The position numbers and the translations under genes were made by a program. DNA of 64,000 nucleotides from Ramazzottius varieornatus (Eukaryota > Animalia > Tardigrada). Position 1 is the stretch's first letter, and every line of letters starts with the position of its first letter. The notes under the pieces are model-generated. The model ran no database searches. It saw only the letters and a program-made list of their open reading frames with translations, and was not told where the DNA came from. The stretch spans positions 674,973 to 738,972 of the forward strand of contig BDGG01000012.1 of NCBI GenBank assembly GCA_001949185.1, given 5' to 3'. Shown here piece by piece: positions 51,929-63,820 of this stretch.

Positions 51929-53032
51929 TTATACTTCGGTGATGATTGGCGACATAGAGTTTTTAGAGTCGCGAAATCCCTTGTACGAAAATGGTGACTT
52001 GAGCTCAGTCCGGTTTGACTGGTAAATGGGACTCCTTGACGAGATGTCACTTGTTTTGGATGAGAAGACCTCACTGCCGTGAGCATCATCCGTCGTTCCG
52101 TCGGCTGTTTTGTAGGAGTACACAACACTGACAGGAGACTCTCGTGAGTACTCGGTGTTGGCGGCCAAGTAAGTTAAGTCCGCAACAGCCAACTGTTGTA
52201 CCGAACCTTCTTGTTCAACCACCAGTCCCGTATCCTGCGTTTCTTCTAGTGTGCCGGCATTTTCATTCTTGTAGGCGTCGTAAAGTTTCTTCAGAAGAAC
52301 GAGGTTGATGATGAGAGACAGAAGACCTAGTGCCGCGTTCCCCGATCCAAGACCGATGTACATGTACATGATGGGTCCGTAGAAGTAGTAATAGTTATTC
52401 GAGGTGGCAATGTTGGACAGGAGGACAGCGGCTTGGATGATTGTAGCGAGCGCCAAGAAGGGAAGAGGGATCGTGATGTAAAAGAGTAGCTTCTTGAATT
52501 TCTGCAGACTGTCGTCGGAAGGCCTAGTTGACGCTTGCTGCAGGAAGTTATACTTCGTCTGCGCCACAGCAGCCCAGAACACGAACGCGCAAAGGATTTC
52601 CCAGGCGGTCAGGATTCCACCAGTTGTCGTCATACCTAAAGCAAACGTACATGATTTGAGCCATGAGCAAATTTTGAACCAGATTATTTTCCAAGTGGCG
52701 CACTTTTCCAGCGAAGAGATGCGCCGCTTGATATAGCGGTCTGGTTCAGTTCATTTTTCCCACAACCCTTTATTGATTTCTCCATATTTCGTTTCAGTAC
52801 CGAACAAAATCTTCATGTCTTCATTCGAAGACTTACCCAGCACTCCAAGCAGGATAGCTCCTCCGATTCCCAAAATGGTATGACATATCGCCGAGCTAAA
52901 CAACAGTCTTCGAAAAGGCGTAGGGGGTTCCTCGTTTCCTTTTAGAAGCTCGCGCAACAGGGACTTCTTCTGGTTTAGTTCTGCTCGCATCGTAGCCAGC
53001 TTCTCATATGACTTTGGATCGTCATGCCCCAT
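51929..53032 (-). CDS. Uncharacterised four-transmembrane protein (2 exons: 53032-52836, 52636-51929)
   Basis: In-frame GT-AG splice, four hydrophobic helices and a polar C-terminal tail (MS4A-like topology, inference). Confidence 0.75.
52655..52769. repeat. Intronic fold-back element, copy 11
   Basis: tgaaccagattattttccaagtggcgcac...tgcgccgcttgatatagcggtctggttca. Confidence 0.85.
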
Positions 53033-53923
53033 GATACTCGATGGAAATATCGGTGCGCGCCGCTCAGTGTTACTGATGGGTGAAGAACACCAAGGTGAGA
53101 TAAAATAGACTTATGCGGTCAATTGAAAGTCAAGTATCTCACCGAGAGCCCCACGCGAGGATTTCTCCTGTTCAAACGTGCGATCTGCTGTAGCACTCAA
53201 AAGTCTGAGGCGTCTTTGTAACACTGTTTGCTCTCCGAGGTACGCTGAAATAGCAGTGCTCGATTTAGATGAATGTCGTAATGTCAGAGTTGCAGTCCGC
53301 AGCAAAAAGTGGGCCAATGAAACCGCAGAAAGCTGCGAGTTTAGCTTTTGGCCATATCGACCATGCATACCAACCGTACCTTCGATGTGTGTAAGCTTTA
53401 GTGCGGAACCACGTAGCTTTATGGCTCTCCTCGCGATCCTCAGGTACAATACAATACGATATCGATAGTTGTAAAATGCGAAAGTTGCTTGCCGCATTGA
53501 ATGTAGCAGATCACACCCCAATTTACAGAGGGCGTCACGCTTATGTATTTTGAAACGAATGAGTTTCCGCTTTGCAATTCATCTTGTACACTGGTGTGTA
53601 CCTTCAACAGCCGTAGGTCAAACAAAGTGAAGATTGCTGCAGAGTCTCGTGCCCTTAGATTTCTCGAGCAACGTGTAGTTAATGGATATCCAACGAGGCA
53701 TAGGTTTTCTGTTGCTTGCTGGCAGAGATTAACCATTCCGATCCCAGCTAACGAGAAGCACATAGCACTTTTTAGCTAACCGATACATGGAATTCATGCA
53801 ATGTCTGATAAATCAACTATACAAAAATCATACCAGAAAACAGGCGTTAACTGCAAATATCACCCTTATATACAGAAGACAACGTTGTACTTGGATCGGG
53901 ACAAGCATCACAGAACACAGCGA

Positions 53924-55776
53924 TCACTTTCCAGACGAAGCGGGTTTTCGAATGTCGAGTAAGTTGTCAGTGATGGATGGAGTAGCAGGCGTTCTGGCTA
54001 TCGGAGTGACCGATCCTCGCGAAGAGCCAATCGGGGTCCTGGAGGAACGTTTGGGGCTAGGCGTGTAGCTGGCCGACAGAACTTTGTCCGTTCCCAGCCG
54101 GATACCTAGCCGCTTCGTGGCCAACCTCTGCGCGGCGGGAGATAGTCCCGACAACCTTTCGGCAGACAGGGCAGAACCGAACTTCGGAGTCGCTCTGTAA
54201 AAGGGAAGATCAATGATTGCAAGCACCATGTCATAATCGTTACAGATACGGAAGAAACTTACGCAGCTAGCGATCGCACAGATTGCAGAGCATTCTCACG
54301 TTTCACTCGATGGCGTCTGCCGACAGTGTCGACTAACTCGTGATGAAGTTTGTCGCGTTCGGGAACATCGGGTATCTTGAACTGAGGACCGGGAGTCCGT
54401 GAAAGCATCGGGGTATCGCTAGCATCGAGGGCGAATGGCGTACCTTCGATCTCTCCCCACGTCATCATCGGCGACTCGCCCACACCTGCAGCATACACAG
54501 TTAACTACTGGTCCACCCATAGAGCACTGTGCTATCAAAGTTAGACCGTACCTGGCATGGGAGAAGGCGATGGCATGAACGAATATCCGTTCACCTTCGG
54601 CGTGGCATTGGGCAGGATCTCTTTGCCGTCTGGACCTATCTTGCCCAGCGCAGCAACGGCGGCAGTATCTGGGCTCACATCGACATCCCTCCATGGATCA
54701 CACTTGAAACGGGTATTGTGGTGCTGGACGACAATCTTCTGCGTGTCCCGCACTTCCTGCTCGGCTGCCGTAAACTCAGCTCCTATAAAGAGAGAGCGAA
54801 TACATTCCATTCAACACTTGGAACCCAGGCAAACAAACTCGGCAAGACCATTTTCCGCAGCGGCGCACGCTTCCAGCCAATACCCCCAAACAAGCGCGCC
54901 ACTTGAGAAAACAATCTTGCCGAGTCTGACAGACGATCTTTCGTGCTGTAGCCTAGACAAGCCATACTGTGCATACCTTCAGGGTTGTTCATGACGTTGT
55001 TTCGAGCTCGGTAGTCCCACGTATCCACAGAGTTGGGCAATACTTCGTATTCGATCATCATAGCGTGGTTTCCTTCCGCTTTGATAGCCAGCGCGGGGAC
55101 CATAGGCTTCTTGAACTTCTTGCTTTGATCTTCTTCGTACAGCCAAGGGTATCGACTGCGATGCTTCTTGTCACTTTCTTCCATAACTTCATCGAATGAA
55201 GCATTGTCTTCACTGGTGACTTTCGTCAGATATGCATCAAGACCAATCTTCTTCTCGACTGTTACATCAGCTGTTTGGTTCTCTATTCCACTTGGAGCTT
55301 TTGAAGGAATAGGGTTGGAGTCTTTCGACAAAGGGTCACTATCTCTGGACGCTGCACGGGTTAACGGTGACGGAAGAGTTTCGAAGGTAGACGGAGTTTC
55401 GAATGTTAGCGGAGAAGCACCTATGCTGGAGGCGGAAGTGTTGGGTCGTTTAGGAGTAGGACGATACTGCATTTGCAGCTGGCGAATCTTGGCCACGTCG
55501 TTTCTCGCTTCGGCGTCAAGGTAATCGTTCTGAGCTTGAAGTTTCTTCAGGTCCGGGAAAAAGTCTCGCTGGATGATCTTCTCCAATTCCTAAAAGTAAT
55601 GCCTTTTGTCAGCCACAGGTTACCGTTACACAATGGTAATTAGCAACCTGAAATACCTCCGTATAAACCTCCTCTTCCAACACTTTCTTCCGCTTCTTCG
55701 GTACCATGGGTGTTTTGAACACATCGCCATCCGCATTTGCAGCAGTTTTGTCATTAGAAACTGGGAGTAATGCCAT
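53924..55776 (-). CDS. ESS2: Splicing factor ESS-2 / DGCR14, multi-exon
   Basis: KVLEEEVY, EKIIQRDFFPDL, TSEDNASF, W.YRARN, VNGYSF..SPSP.PG, ESPMMTWGEIEGTPF, LSPAAQRLA. Confidence 0.96.
54820..54930. repeat. Intronic fold-back element, copy 12
   Basis: actcggcaagaccattttccgcagcggcgcac...gcgcgccacttgagaaaacaatcttgccgagt. Confidence 0.88.
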
Positions 55777-57346
55777 CTTGATCCGCCGATATGGGATGCA
55801 AGGCGAAATCCGAGTTCAAGTTCATATACAGCAGTGAGTAGTTGTTCCACTCGGCTGATAGAAGATACGTTTAGCTTCGTTATCGAGCTCCGACCACAAT
55901 CGTCAGCCGTCGTACAGCACCTGCAATGTAGAGTGAGTGTTTACGGTTAGCAGATCATGGCGCGCGAGCTGGTTTAGTTCTGCTTCCACATAGCATAGTC
56001 TACCTAGTGTGCACATAGACTGAGTTCTGGAAGATCAATCGAAATGCCCGTTCGTACTTCGTACCTGCGCAGTATATTCCAGTATACTGCGTTTACCACA
56101 TCGTCGTATGCCGCACGGTATGCGATCGGTTTCCGATTCCCGACCCTCCAAAAAGTTCCAGACGTGTATACGAATACTGTCTTCAGCCCAAGTCAGTCCC
56201 AAACACTCGGAAGTGGGGAGTTTTTTCCAGAAAAGACAGAATTGATGATTCGAACTGGATTTCGTTAACGTGTTTGCGTAAATTGTATTCGCAGAAAAAT
56301 GACGTAAAAGAATGGCTGAGCTAATCGGGACGCGACTCATGAGTCGCTCAAATTCACTGACGAGCAGCAGTACTTCGCCCTGCCGGAAGGTGGTACACAT
56401 GTCAAGCGGTTGATTGATTGTGTTATGCTTAATATCGAGGTCGAGCGAATTTTTGTTACGTCATCGACTATACGAGGTAGAGGACATTATTCCGACACAG
56501 CAAATTTCGCGTCAGAATTCGGACACAGTTGCGGTATAGGGTGGCACCACAGTGCGTTCCATCTTACTCACACTGAAGCTGATACCGAACTGCAATTTCG
56601 CTCTGCAGCATCTTCTAATATCGCGGTTTAAGCTTTACATGCCAGCTGAGCTTCCCATGAAGTTACGTTTTGCCCTGATTGACATCAGCACATCCACATA
56701 GTGAATGGTCATATCAGAGCGAAAACAAGGGACAAATTATCCTTGTTAGTCCACACAAAAACAAAGAACAGTATTTATCAGAATCCGCACCCGACAACCA
56801 AGCTTCGCGAGTCTTCTTGATTTTCTCTTTCACAGGCCGTGAAGAGGCCTTCCGTTTCAATGCTGTAGCAGCATTCTTGGCAGTCTTTTCAGCTTCTTCT
56901 TTTCCAGTTCGGCGACGAAGCCAGGATGGGTAGTCAGGGCACCAGCAGCCAAAGAAAGCTGTATGTTTTTCACGCAACGCAGCTTTTTCGGAGCTTCACC
57001 GAAGATGTCCTTCTATACGGTGCAAGCAAGAACGGCACGCGAGCTAATGCCTCTTTGCTTCAGCAAAATAAATTGCTTCACCTCGACCAAATCTTTTTCA
57101 TCACTTACAGTTTTACCTCCGAGATGTGTCAACAGCTTTAATTTGACCGTGATATGCGAATCACAGTGTGGGTGACCAAACACATGGCAGGCCACTAAAA
57201 GAACTGAATAAATGCAAGTGATTACTTGAATCGTGGTAACCGTGCATCCAGCACCTGTTGAGCGTTTGCATACTGTTTATTCGATCGCTGCATATATTGT
57301 TCAACATTACTAGAATCTTCCTAATATCGTACCTGTGTTCAACGAT

Positions 57347-58650
57347 GGCTACCAAGATGGAGGTTAACACTGATGGGCGAGTGCGGAAACGATTGACTCT
57401 GAAGGAAAAGAAGGAAATTCAGCGATTGTATCCGAAACAGGTAAGTCTAACCCTCGACGGAAACTGAATCACTGCACTCTTTTTTGTCGTACTTATTGTC
57501 TCGGTCTGAACTTCCTAATATGTTTCAGACCTGTATGAACGAGGTGATGAGGCTGTTTGATATCAAATCCAGAACTACAGCCGTGAGGCTGGAAAAAAAG
57601 CGAGAGTTCTTTTTGTCAGTTCAGGAGAACGACAAAACTTCGATGGAAATTCATCGAAAGCGAGAGTTTGAAGAAGTGTAAGAGATTCTTTTGGACTTTG
57701 TGGAGGAAAATAATAAGCGTGACATGCCAATCTCGGGAAACGATCTGAAACAGGAAGCCTTGAACATCGCAAGACGACTCCAGATCGAGGGATTCACTGG
57801 AAGAAACGGATGGATTCAAAAGTTTATGAAACGAAATGATCTCAAAACCATTACTTTGCATGGTAATTTAAATTATTGCAGGTCGCTTTCTTCTGCTTAC
57901 TTTTAAGTGTGTATGATTTTAAATTGTAGGTGAAGAAGCTGCTGCTAGCCAAGAGGTTGCCGATAACTGGATAGCTAACGACGTTCCTGAGATCATTCAG
58001 CCCTACCGCAACGAAGACATTTTCAACTGTGATGAATTGGGAACCCAGTATCGAGCTCTGCCAAAGGAAAACTCCTGCACGAAAAGGACAGAAGACAAAA
58101 GGTGGAAAAGTCAATAAGGAAAGATTGTCGGTTCTATTTTGCTGTAGCGCCGCCGGAAAGAAGTTACCACCTCTTGTGATCGGAAATTCGAAAAAGCCAC
58201 GAATTTTCACGAAAGTCAAGTTGGATATCCAGAAAGCCGGCTTCAGCTGGTACTCGAACTCAACATCTTGGATGAAGACTGATATTTCAAAGAATGGCTA
58301 ACTAATTTGAATAACAGCATGAAGGCTCGAAAACGGAAAATCGTTCTGCTGCTCGACAACTTCTCAGCGCATCGTGTTGGTCCAATGTCAAAGTAGTCTT
58401 CCTTCCGCCTAACCTGACGAGCAAGGTCCAACCTCTGGATAAGGGAGTCATAGCGTCTTACAAGAAGTACGAGCAAAGGTACAAAGCTGAACATCGACGA
58501 ACGGATCTGTATAGCTCCAGTAACGGCTCTGAATACACTAAGTCTATCAATGTTCTCGATGCATTCAAATGGGTTGTTCGAGGATGGGCTCAGGTGAAGG
58601 CAAGTACTATTCGAAACTGTTTTAGAGCCACTGGTTTGTATCATATGGCT
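57347..58650 (+). mobile_element. Tigger/pogo (CENP-B-like) DDE transposase pseudogene with two apparent introns
   Basis: RKRLTLKEK, GWIQKFMKRN, DIFNCDE, KERLSVLFCCSAAG..PLVIG, LLLDNFSAH, LPPNLTSKVQPLDKGVI. Frameshifted. Confidence 0.9.
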
Positions 58651-58699
58651 GAAAGAAGTTAAGTCGATCGTTCACGTTTCTGACTGATAGAATATCTGA

Positions 58700-60327
58700 T
58701 ATTGCATGGCAGCCTTGTGCTGAATGGCTTGCCATATTTCGTTTGTTTTGGTCCACCGTGTAGTAAACAGATGGGTCATCGCGACACAAAATCAAGCGTT
58801 TGAATTGACACATCTGGGAGGTGGAACTGTATGCCGTATTGTTCGCGCAGCAACTGTAACAGTGGGCCAAAGTCTTGCACTGGAGCATTCTGGATTTCGC
58901 TGCTGCTAAGGTTGGGATCATGATAGGCCTTCACTGTCTTTCTAATACTCTAACATCAGGGCTGAATGGATATGAACCACCTTTGGCGAACCCTGATTTG
59001 AGGGATTGTCCAGCGTTGGAATGAAACTTTTCAGGACATCCTTCGGTGTGATACCACAACGTGACGACATGAGACAGAAGATTGTCTTCGGTAATCTGAA
59101 GAACAACTAATTGGTTATTTCGTTTCGGTGACACCAGGCAAGCAAAATAAACATAACTTTCAGTTTAGAATGAGCTTACCATTCCTCCTTTCACCGGACG
59201 GCGAGCGCGAAGGTACATTTTCCAACGTTTCTTGATACCGCTAAATACCGAAACGTTGAATGGCTGAAGGTGGTTAGTTTGACCGGTTGGTAGGCAGAAA
59301 ATGGCCAGTTCTGTTCCAGTTTTCTGGAGGAACTCCTTACAGCAGCGAGTCAGCAGCAGGTTATTTACGTGCGAGAAACAACCATCAACAAAGACGGCAT
59401 CCTAAACACAGATCTGAAAACTATCAGGTTGTAGTAAGTTCTAATCACTTTTTTTTAACAATAACTTGAGTTTAGTGACAGCTGAGTTTGTCTTGGATAT
59501 GGTTAGCGAAATGAATCTGGTCCATGTATCCGGAAGGGTTTACGGCATGGTAGCAGAGCCCAAAAGTATCATCGAGTCGTGATTTTACATGCAGCTTTCC
59601 CGCCTACAACGCCAGAAACTTGAGCTGAGTCCCAGAAGCATCTCCACAAGGTAAAAGGGTGACGTTCTCGTTTTCATTTCCGTCGAGTTGGGACGGAATC
59701 TGCTTAGCACTTACCACTACACGATCAAACATCTCCGATGTGCTGAAAGCAGTCTCGTCTAGATTCCACACCTGCTCTGGTCGATCGAGGAATCCTGTCT
59801 TGCAGCCTGGAAATGTATTCCTCACAGCGCTCCGTGGTCCACTCTCGATTCTTCTTTCTGTTGGAAGAATGCGTGACACGGAGTGATTTTTATGGGTGGC
59901 GCCTGAGGAAACGGCGAAAGAGACTATCGCTGATAGTATTACACTTAAGTCCTGAAATTTTAAGAAACAACAATAATAATCGTTTTTCACATGCGCTGGA
60001 TTAGTGATATGATTGCAAAAACATCTAGCCCAGTGGCGACTTCAGAAAACAGCTGCGAGCAGTGGTATCGGTTCACAGGGATGCCTTGATCGCTATAGGA
60101 TAGTAGAAAGTCAGCAATACGGACTTCTTCTCAGGAAGGAAACTTAGTTGGAGCTCCGACTCTAGTTGGTTCTTGGCTCTGTGTCCGGTTTGTGTTGTAC
60201 GGCTAACTCCATGCAGCCTCGCAGCACCTTTGAGGCTCTGCCCATTCTTCACATCGTGGAGAGCTGCATCCATCGATAGCTCCTTGAATACCTGAGATGC
60301 AATCTTCAGCTTAGACAGGGAAGGCAT
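58700..60327 (-). mobile_element. pogo/Fot1-like transposase remnant (HTH_psq + DDE_1)
   Basis: VKNGQSLKGAARLHGVSRTT, VWNLDETAF, ENVTLLPCGDASG, LPTGQTNHLQPFNVSVF, SGFAKGGSYPF. Confidence 0.85.
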
Positions 60328-60565
60328 GGTTGGGGGATGGAAATATCACACAAAGCGAAGGAGAAAGTAATTGGAAAATTGGCAATGTGGTACTGCATCA
60401 GACCATGTCGACCATGCGAAAGTACGTCATCAAGTAGGCTTCAAGCTGCCTATCAGTTGTCAAACACAAACTCATGTTAAAATCAGCCTCGTACCCCTAA
60501 ACAGAATATGACTGTAGCGCCATTACGATTACAGTAAAGTATCTCTGTAATCGTAAAAGCATCAA

Positions 60566-61676
60566 ATTATGAATTTCCCCTTCAGCATGTTTGGAGGAAT
60601 GATTGGAGCATATGCTCCTTACCAAATGTCAGGACTGACCACGGGAGTTCCTATGGGTTTCCCGCTAGGACACCCGTTTAGCTTTTCCCTCGGTCCCTCC
60701 GCGGGTACGCCTCTGCTGGGAACTCTCGCTCAACCGAGATTCACGGCCGATGAGTGGCTGATCCTACAGGGGATGACAGCGACCCAACCAGCTGCCCCAT
60801 CCATCAGCCCTGGCGCTCCGGCCATCCAGCCGTCCAGCGTTCGCGTCTCTCAAGCCAGCTCCTACCATGCATCAACGATAACCAACAGCCCCGTCGGTAC
60901 GGGTCGACCGGATGTGAAGACCAACCTGGGGTCGATCGGCCCACCGATCACCGTCGCCTCGGCAATTAACCGCCTCAACACTGTAACTCAAACAGAAACC
61001 GAGGTCGGGGCAACGGTGGGCGTGGCGGTGCTTATGGCCGCTCTGACGGACGCGGTGGTGTTCGTGAGGGCGGCCATGGCGCTGGACGGGGCGGTGGACG
61101 AGGCAGTGGACGTGGCAGTGGACATAGCAGTGGACGTGGCGGCCACCAGGGAAGTGGATGTGTTAGTGACGGACAACGAGGAGACTGCCCCCGGAACTAA
61201 GGAGGAGGGTGGCCCCCGAAAAGCCACCAGAACCTGGACCCGCCGAGCCAGGTGGATCAACCTGTCGTCGGTATTACCAGGTTCGGAGGGCGAGCCCAAG
61301 TCGCCGAAGAAGACCCTCGCGACGGACAGCAAAAACCCAACCACACACATGGACCAGCTCGAGCATCAAACCGGGAACGACGGAGCCAGTCGGACATGGA
61401 AATGGACGAGTGAGAACCTGGACGAAGGCGGAAAGAACGCTCCCTCATTCCTTGTTTGGTAGTTAGCTCTCCCTGCTATGGTTGTGCGAGGTTTCCACTT
61501 CCTTTCTGGTGCCTGATCTCGGATTGTAATCTCGATGTGTCAATCTCTGAAGTTAGTCTTGATCGCTTCCACTTGCCAAAGCTGTTAGTACTGTATGTTT
61601 CGTTATGTTTCGTTATCTTCTGACGATCAAGAAGCCGTCAACTAGATTGTTGAGGCTCAATAAATCTATCTATCTG
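60566..61676 (+). mobile_element. 5'-truncated copy of the 3' end of the LINE derivative at 12612-13705
   Basis: Highly similar inverted copy ending AATAAATCTATCTATCT. A ~13-bp deletion near 60947 shifts it out of the RGG frame. Confidence 0.9.
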
Positions 61677-62132
61677 TAGTTGATGATTCGCAAGAAGTTA
61701 GATCGTCGCTCGATCCCCCACTCTCGGCGTAACTGCCGATGGGCGTTCTTCACTAAACTACGGCGGGTGCAGAGTCATGGCGCATTTTGACAGGCCGTTG
61801 TTTGCAGACGGCGAAGTACTGCTGCTCTTCAGTGTTCAAATTTCAAAAAATCAAAATCAATTTTTCGAAAATTTGAGTTGTCACTTATCGCTTTTTCATA
61901 CTTCATGATCTGGACAGATCTCTCGCGGGCGAACCTTGGCCAAAGTCGTTTCCGTTCTCAGGGACCACACCATCCGGATCACTCGTGAGGTACAGCTTCA
62001 ATCGCGGGAGATTTGGAATCCGCCGCATCGGACTTCGAAGCGTTGCTGAAGGTACTTATGGTACTTACTGTGTTACTTACGTGGTTGTAATTGTACAATG
62101 TGCATTCCAACCGGACTGTGTCATCTGTAGCC

Positions 62133-62567
62133 ATGCCCAAGATCCGTCGCAGTACTAAGCCGCCTCCTGAAGGATGGGATTTGATTGAGCCCACCCTCGA
62201 AGAGTTGGACAAGAAGATGCGAGAAGCAGAAGCCGAGCCTCACGAAGGTAAACGCAAAGTGGAAGCACTATGGCCCATCTTCAAGCTGCACCATCAGAAA
62301 TCCCGATACATCTTTGACCTCTACTACAAACGAGAAGCCATCAGCAAGGAGCTGTATGATTACTGCCTGAAGGAGAATATCGCCGACAAGAACCTGGTGG
62401 CCAAGTGGAAGAAGGCTGGCTACGAGAACTTGTGCTGTCTTCGATGTGTTCAGACGAGGGACACCAACTTCGGAACCAACTGTATCTGCAGAGTGCCCAA
62501 GACAAAGATGCAAGAAGAGAAAGTGGTGCAGTGCGTCCATTGTGGATGCAAAGGATGCTCGGGCTGA
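62133..62567 (+). CDS. BUD31: BUD31 (G10) spliceosomal protein, intronless CDS
   Basis: [22 protein letters not shown]...[30 protein letters not shown]. Confidence 0.98.
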   Translation: MPKIRRSTKPPPEGWDLIEPTLEELDKKMREAEAEPHEGKRKVEALWPIFKLHHQKSRYIFDLYYKREAISKELYDYCLKENIADKNLVAKWKKAGYENLCCLRCVQTRDTNFGTNCICRVPKTKMQEEKVVQCVHCGCKGCSG

Positions 62568-63721
62568 ACGACCATATAGGACGTTGGCAAGTTGACGGAA
62601 CGTTGCAGGCAGACGAATTCCATTTTGACTACGAGTGTATAATGGGCTTTATCGGCGACTCACTTTCTAGACTTTCTTCATCTCGTTATATTGACTGGCC
62701 GCCTGCCGAAGTTGTTGTTACTCTCCATGGACGATTACGTTTTTACAGTACAGTATATGTTACGTATAACTACTTTCGATGGAAGCTTCAGCAGGCTGAC
62801 TCTTTACGATTTGTGGAAAATTTCCCTTACAGGACGATGGTCTGTTGGGATCTGTTCCGTGAACCTCGTTCCCATATCTCCGTGCTTCGTTGTAAGATGA
62901 GGAATAATAATCTCGTGAGGCGGAAGTCGGTAAGAATCTCAGGTAAATGAGGTGGCCTTCTGCGAGGAGTAAGTAACCTTAGGCTCCTTAGCCAGAGTGC
63001 TGCGTATATACTAGGGCGCCTTAGCTGTCACGCAAGCCCTCGGGGTGTCGTTTTCGGAAAAAAAGATTTTGGTATGATTACTGTATCCGAATTTTTTGCC
63101 AGAAAACTTTGATCCTGCTTTTGGTGTCATCTTGAGACTAGCCTTATATCCTCCAAGTTCATACCTTGGCTTCCCGGTGTAAAACTTGTGGTGCAGCGTT
63201 CGATCACTGCAACATCATACCAAAAGCAGCTGGCGAAGAATTACGGTCGACGGGCTGGAGGTGTTGGTGCAGTCCGTGGTTTCCTCCTGAAGAATTAACC
63301 AGCTTGATATCTGTGGTATCACATCGATCTTCCAAGGTATATCCCTGTGTGAATGCCGTGAGAAGAAACATTTGTTGCCTCGTTCAGGTGCGTTTTCTGG
63401 CGTTTGCGGATCCGGTGGAGCACGCAGAACTTATTTCACAGATGTGGTTTCCAAGCAGGTGGTCGTCAGTTAGGATCGTGGACCGTTGATCTAACCATCA
63501 GCCATGCGGAGCACGGAAATAATCTCTTCCACCATACTGACCGAGTGTGTTTTGATGTTGCAGGTACTATTTGCGAGAATACCTCAAGATCTCAAGATAC
63601 CCTCACCAGTTCTGTGCGAGCCTAATTAGACCTCTCGCGCATTCTTCTTTCGAGTTCAGCCTAGTCTTCCCTGTCCCCTAATACGATGGACTGAACTTGC
63701 CATACTGCGCACTGTTTCACG

Positions 63722-63820
63722 ATGGCTGGAACTACTGACCGAGACTTCCGTCAGCATTCTCATCACAACGGCTTCGCATCAGCATCTCCGTCCATGTCTG
63801 AGGAGGAAGGTAGTGCCAAG
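63722..63820 (+). CDS. Probable first coding exon of a gene continuing past the window
   Basis: ATG...GCCAAG|gtaagt donor; the window ends in the acceptor-like catgtttcag. Confidence 0.45.

Larger units (their letters stand above)
56355..61834. mobile_element. Putative CACTG-ended (CMC/EnSpm-like) shell enclosing nested TEs
   Basis: tt|CACTGACGAGCAGCAGTACTTCGCC (56355-56379) and GGCGAAGTACTGCTGCTCTTCAGTG|tt (61810-61834), 24/25 inverted match. Confidence 0.55.

Noticed and set aside
60569-61462. 297-aa ORF as a host gene
   Set aside because: It lies in a repeat copy, and its C-terminal half arises from a frameshifting deletion relative to the other copy.
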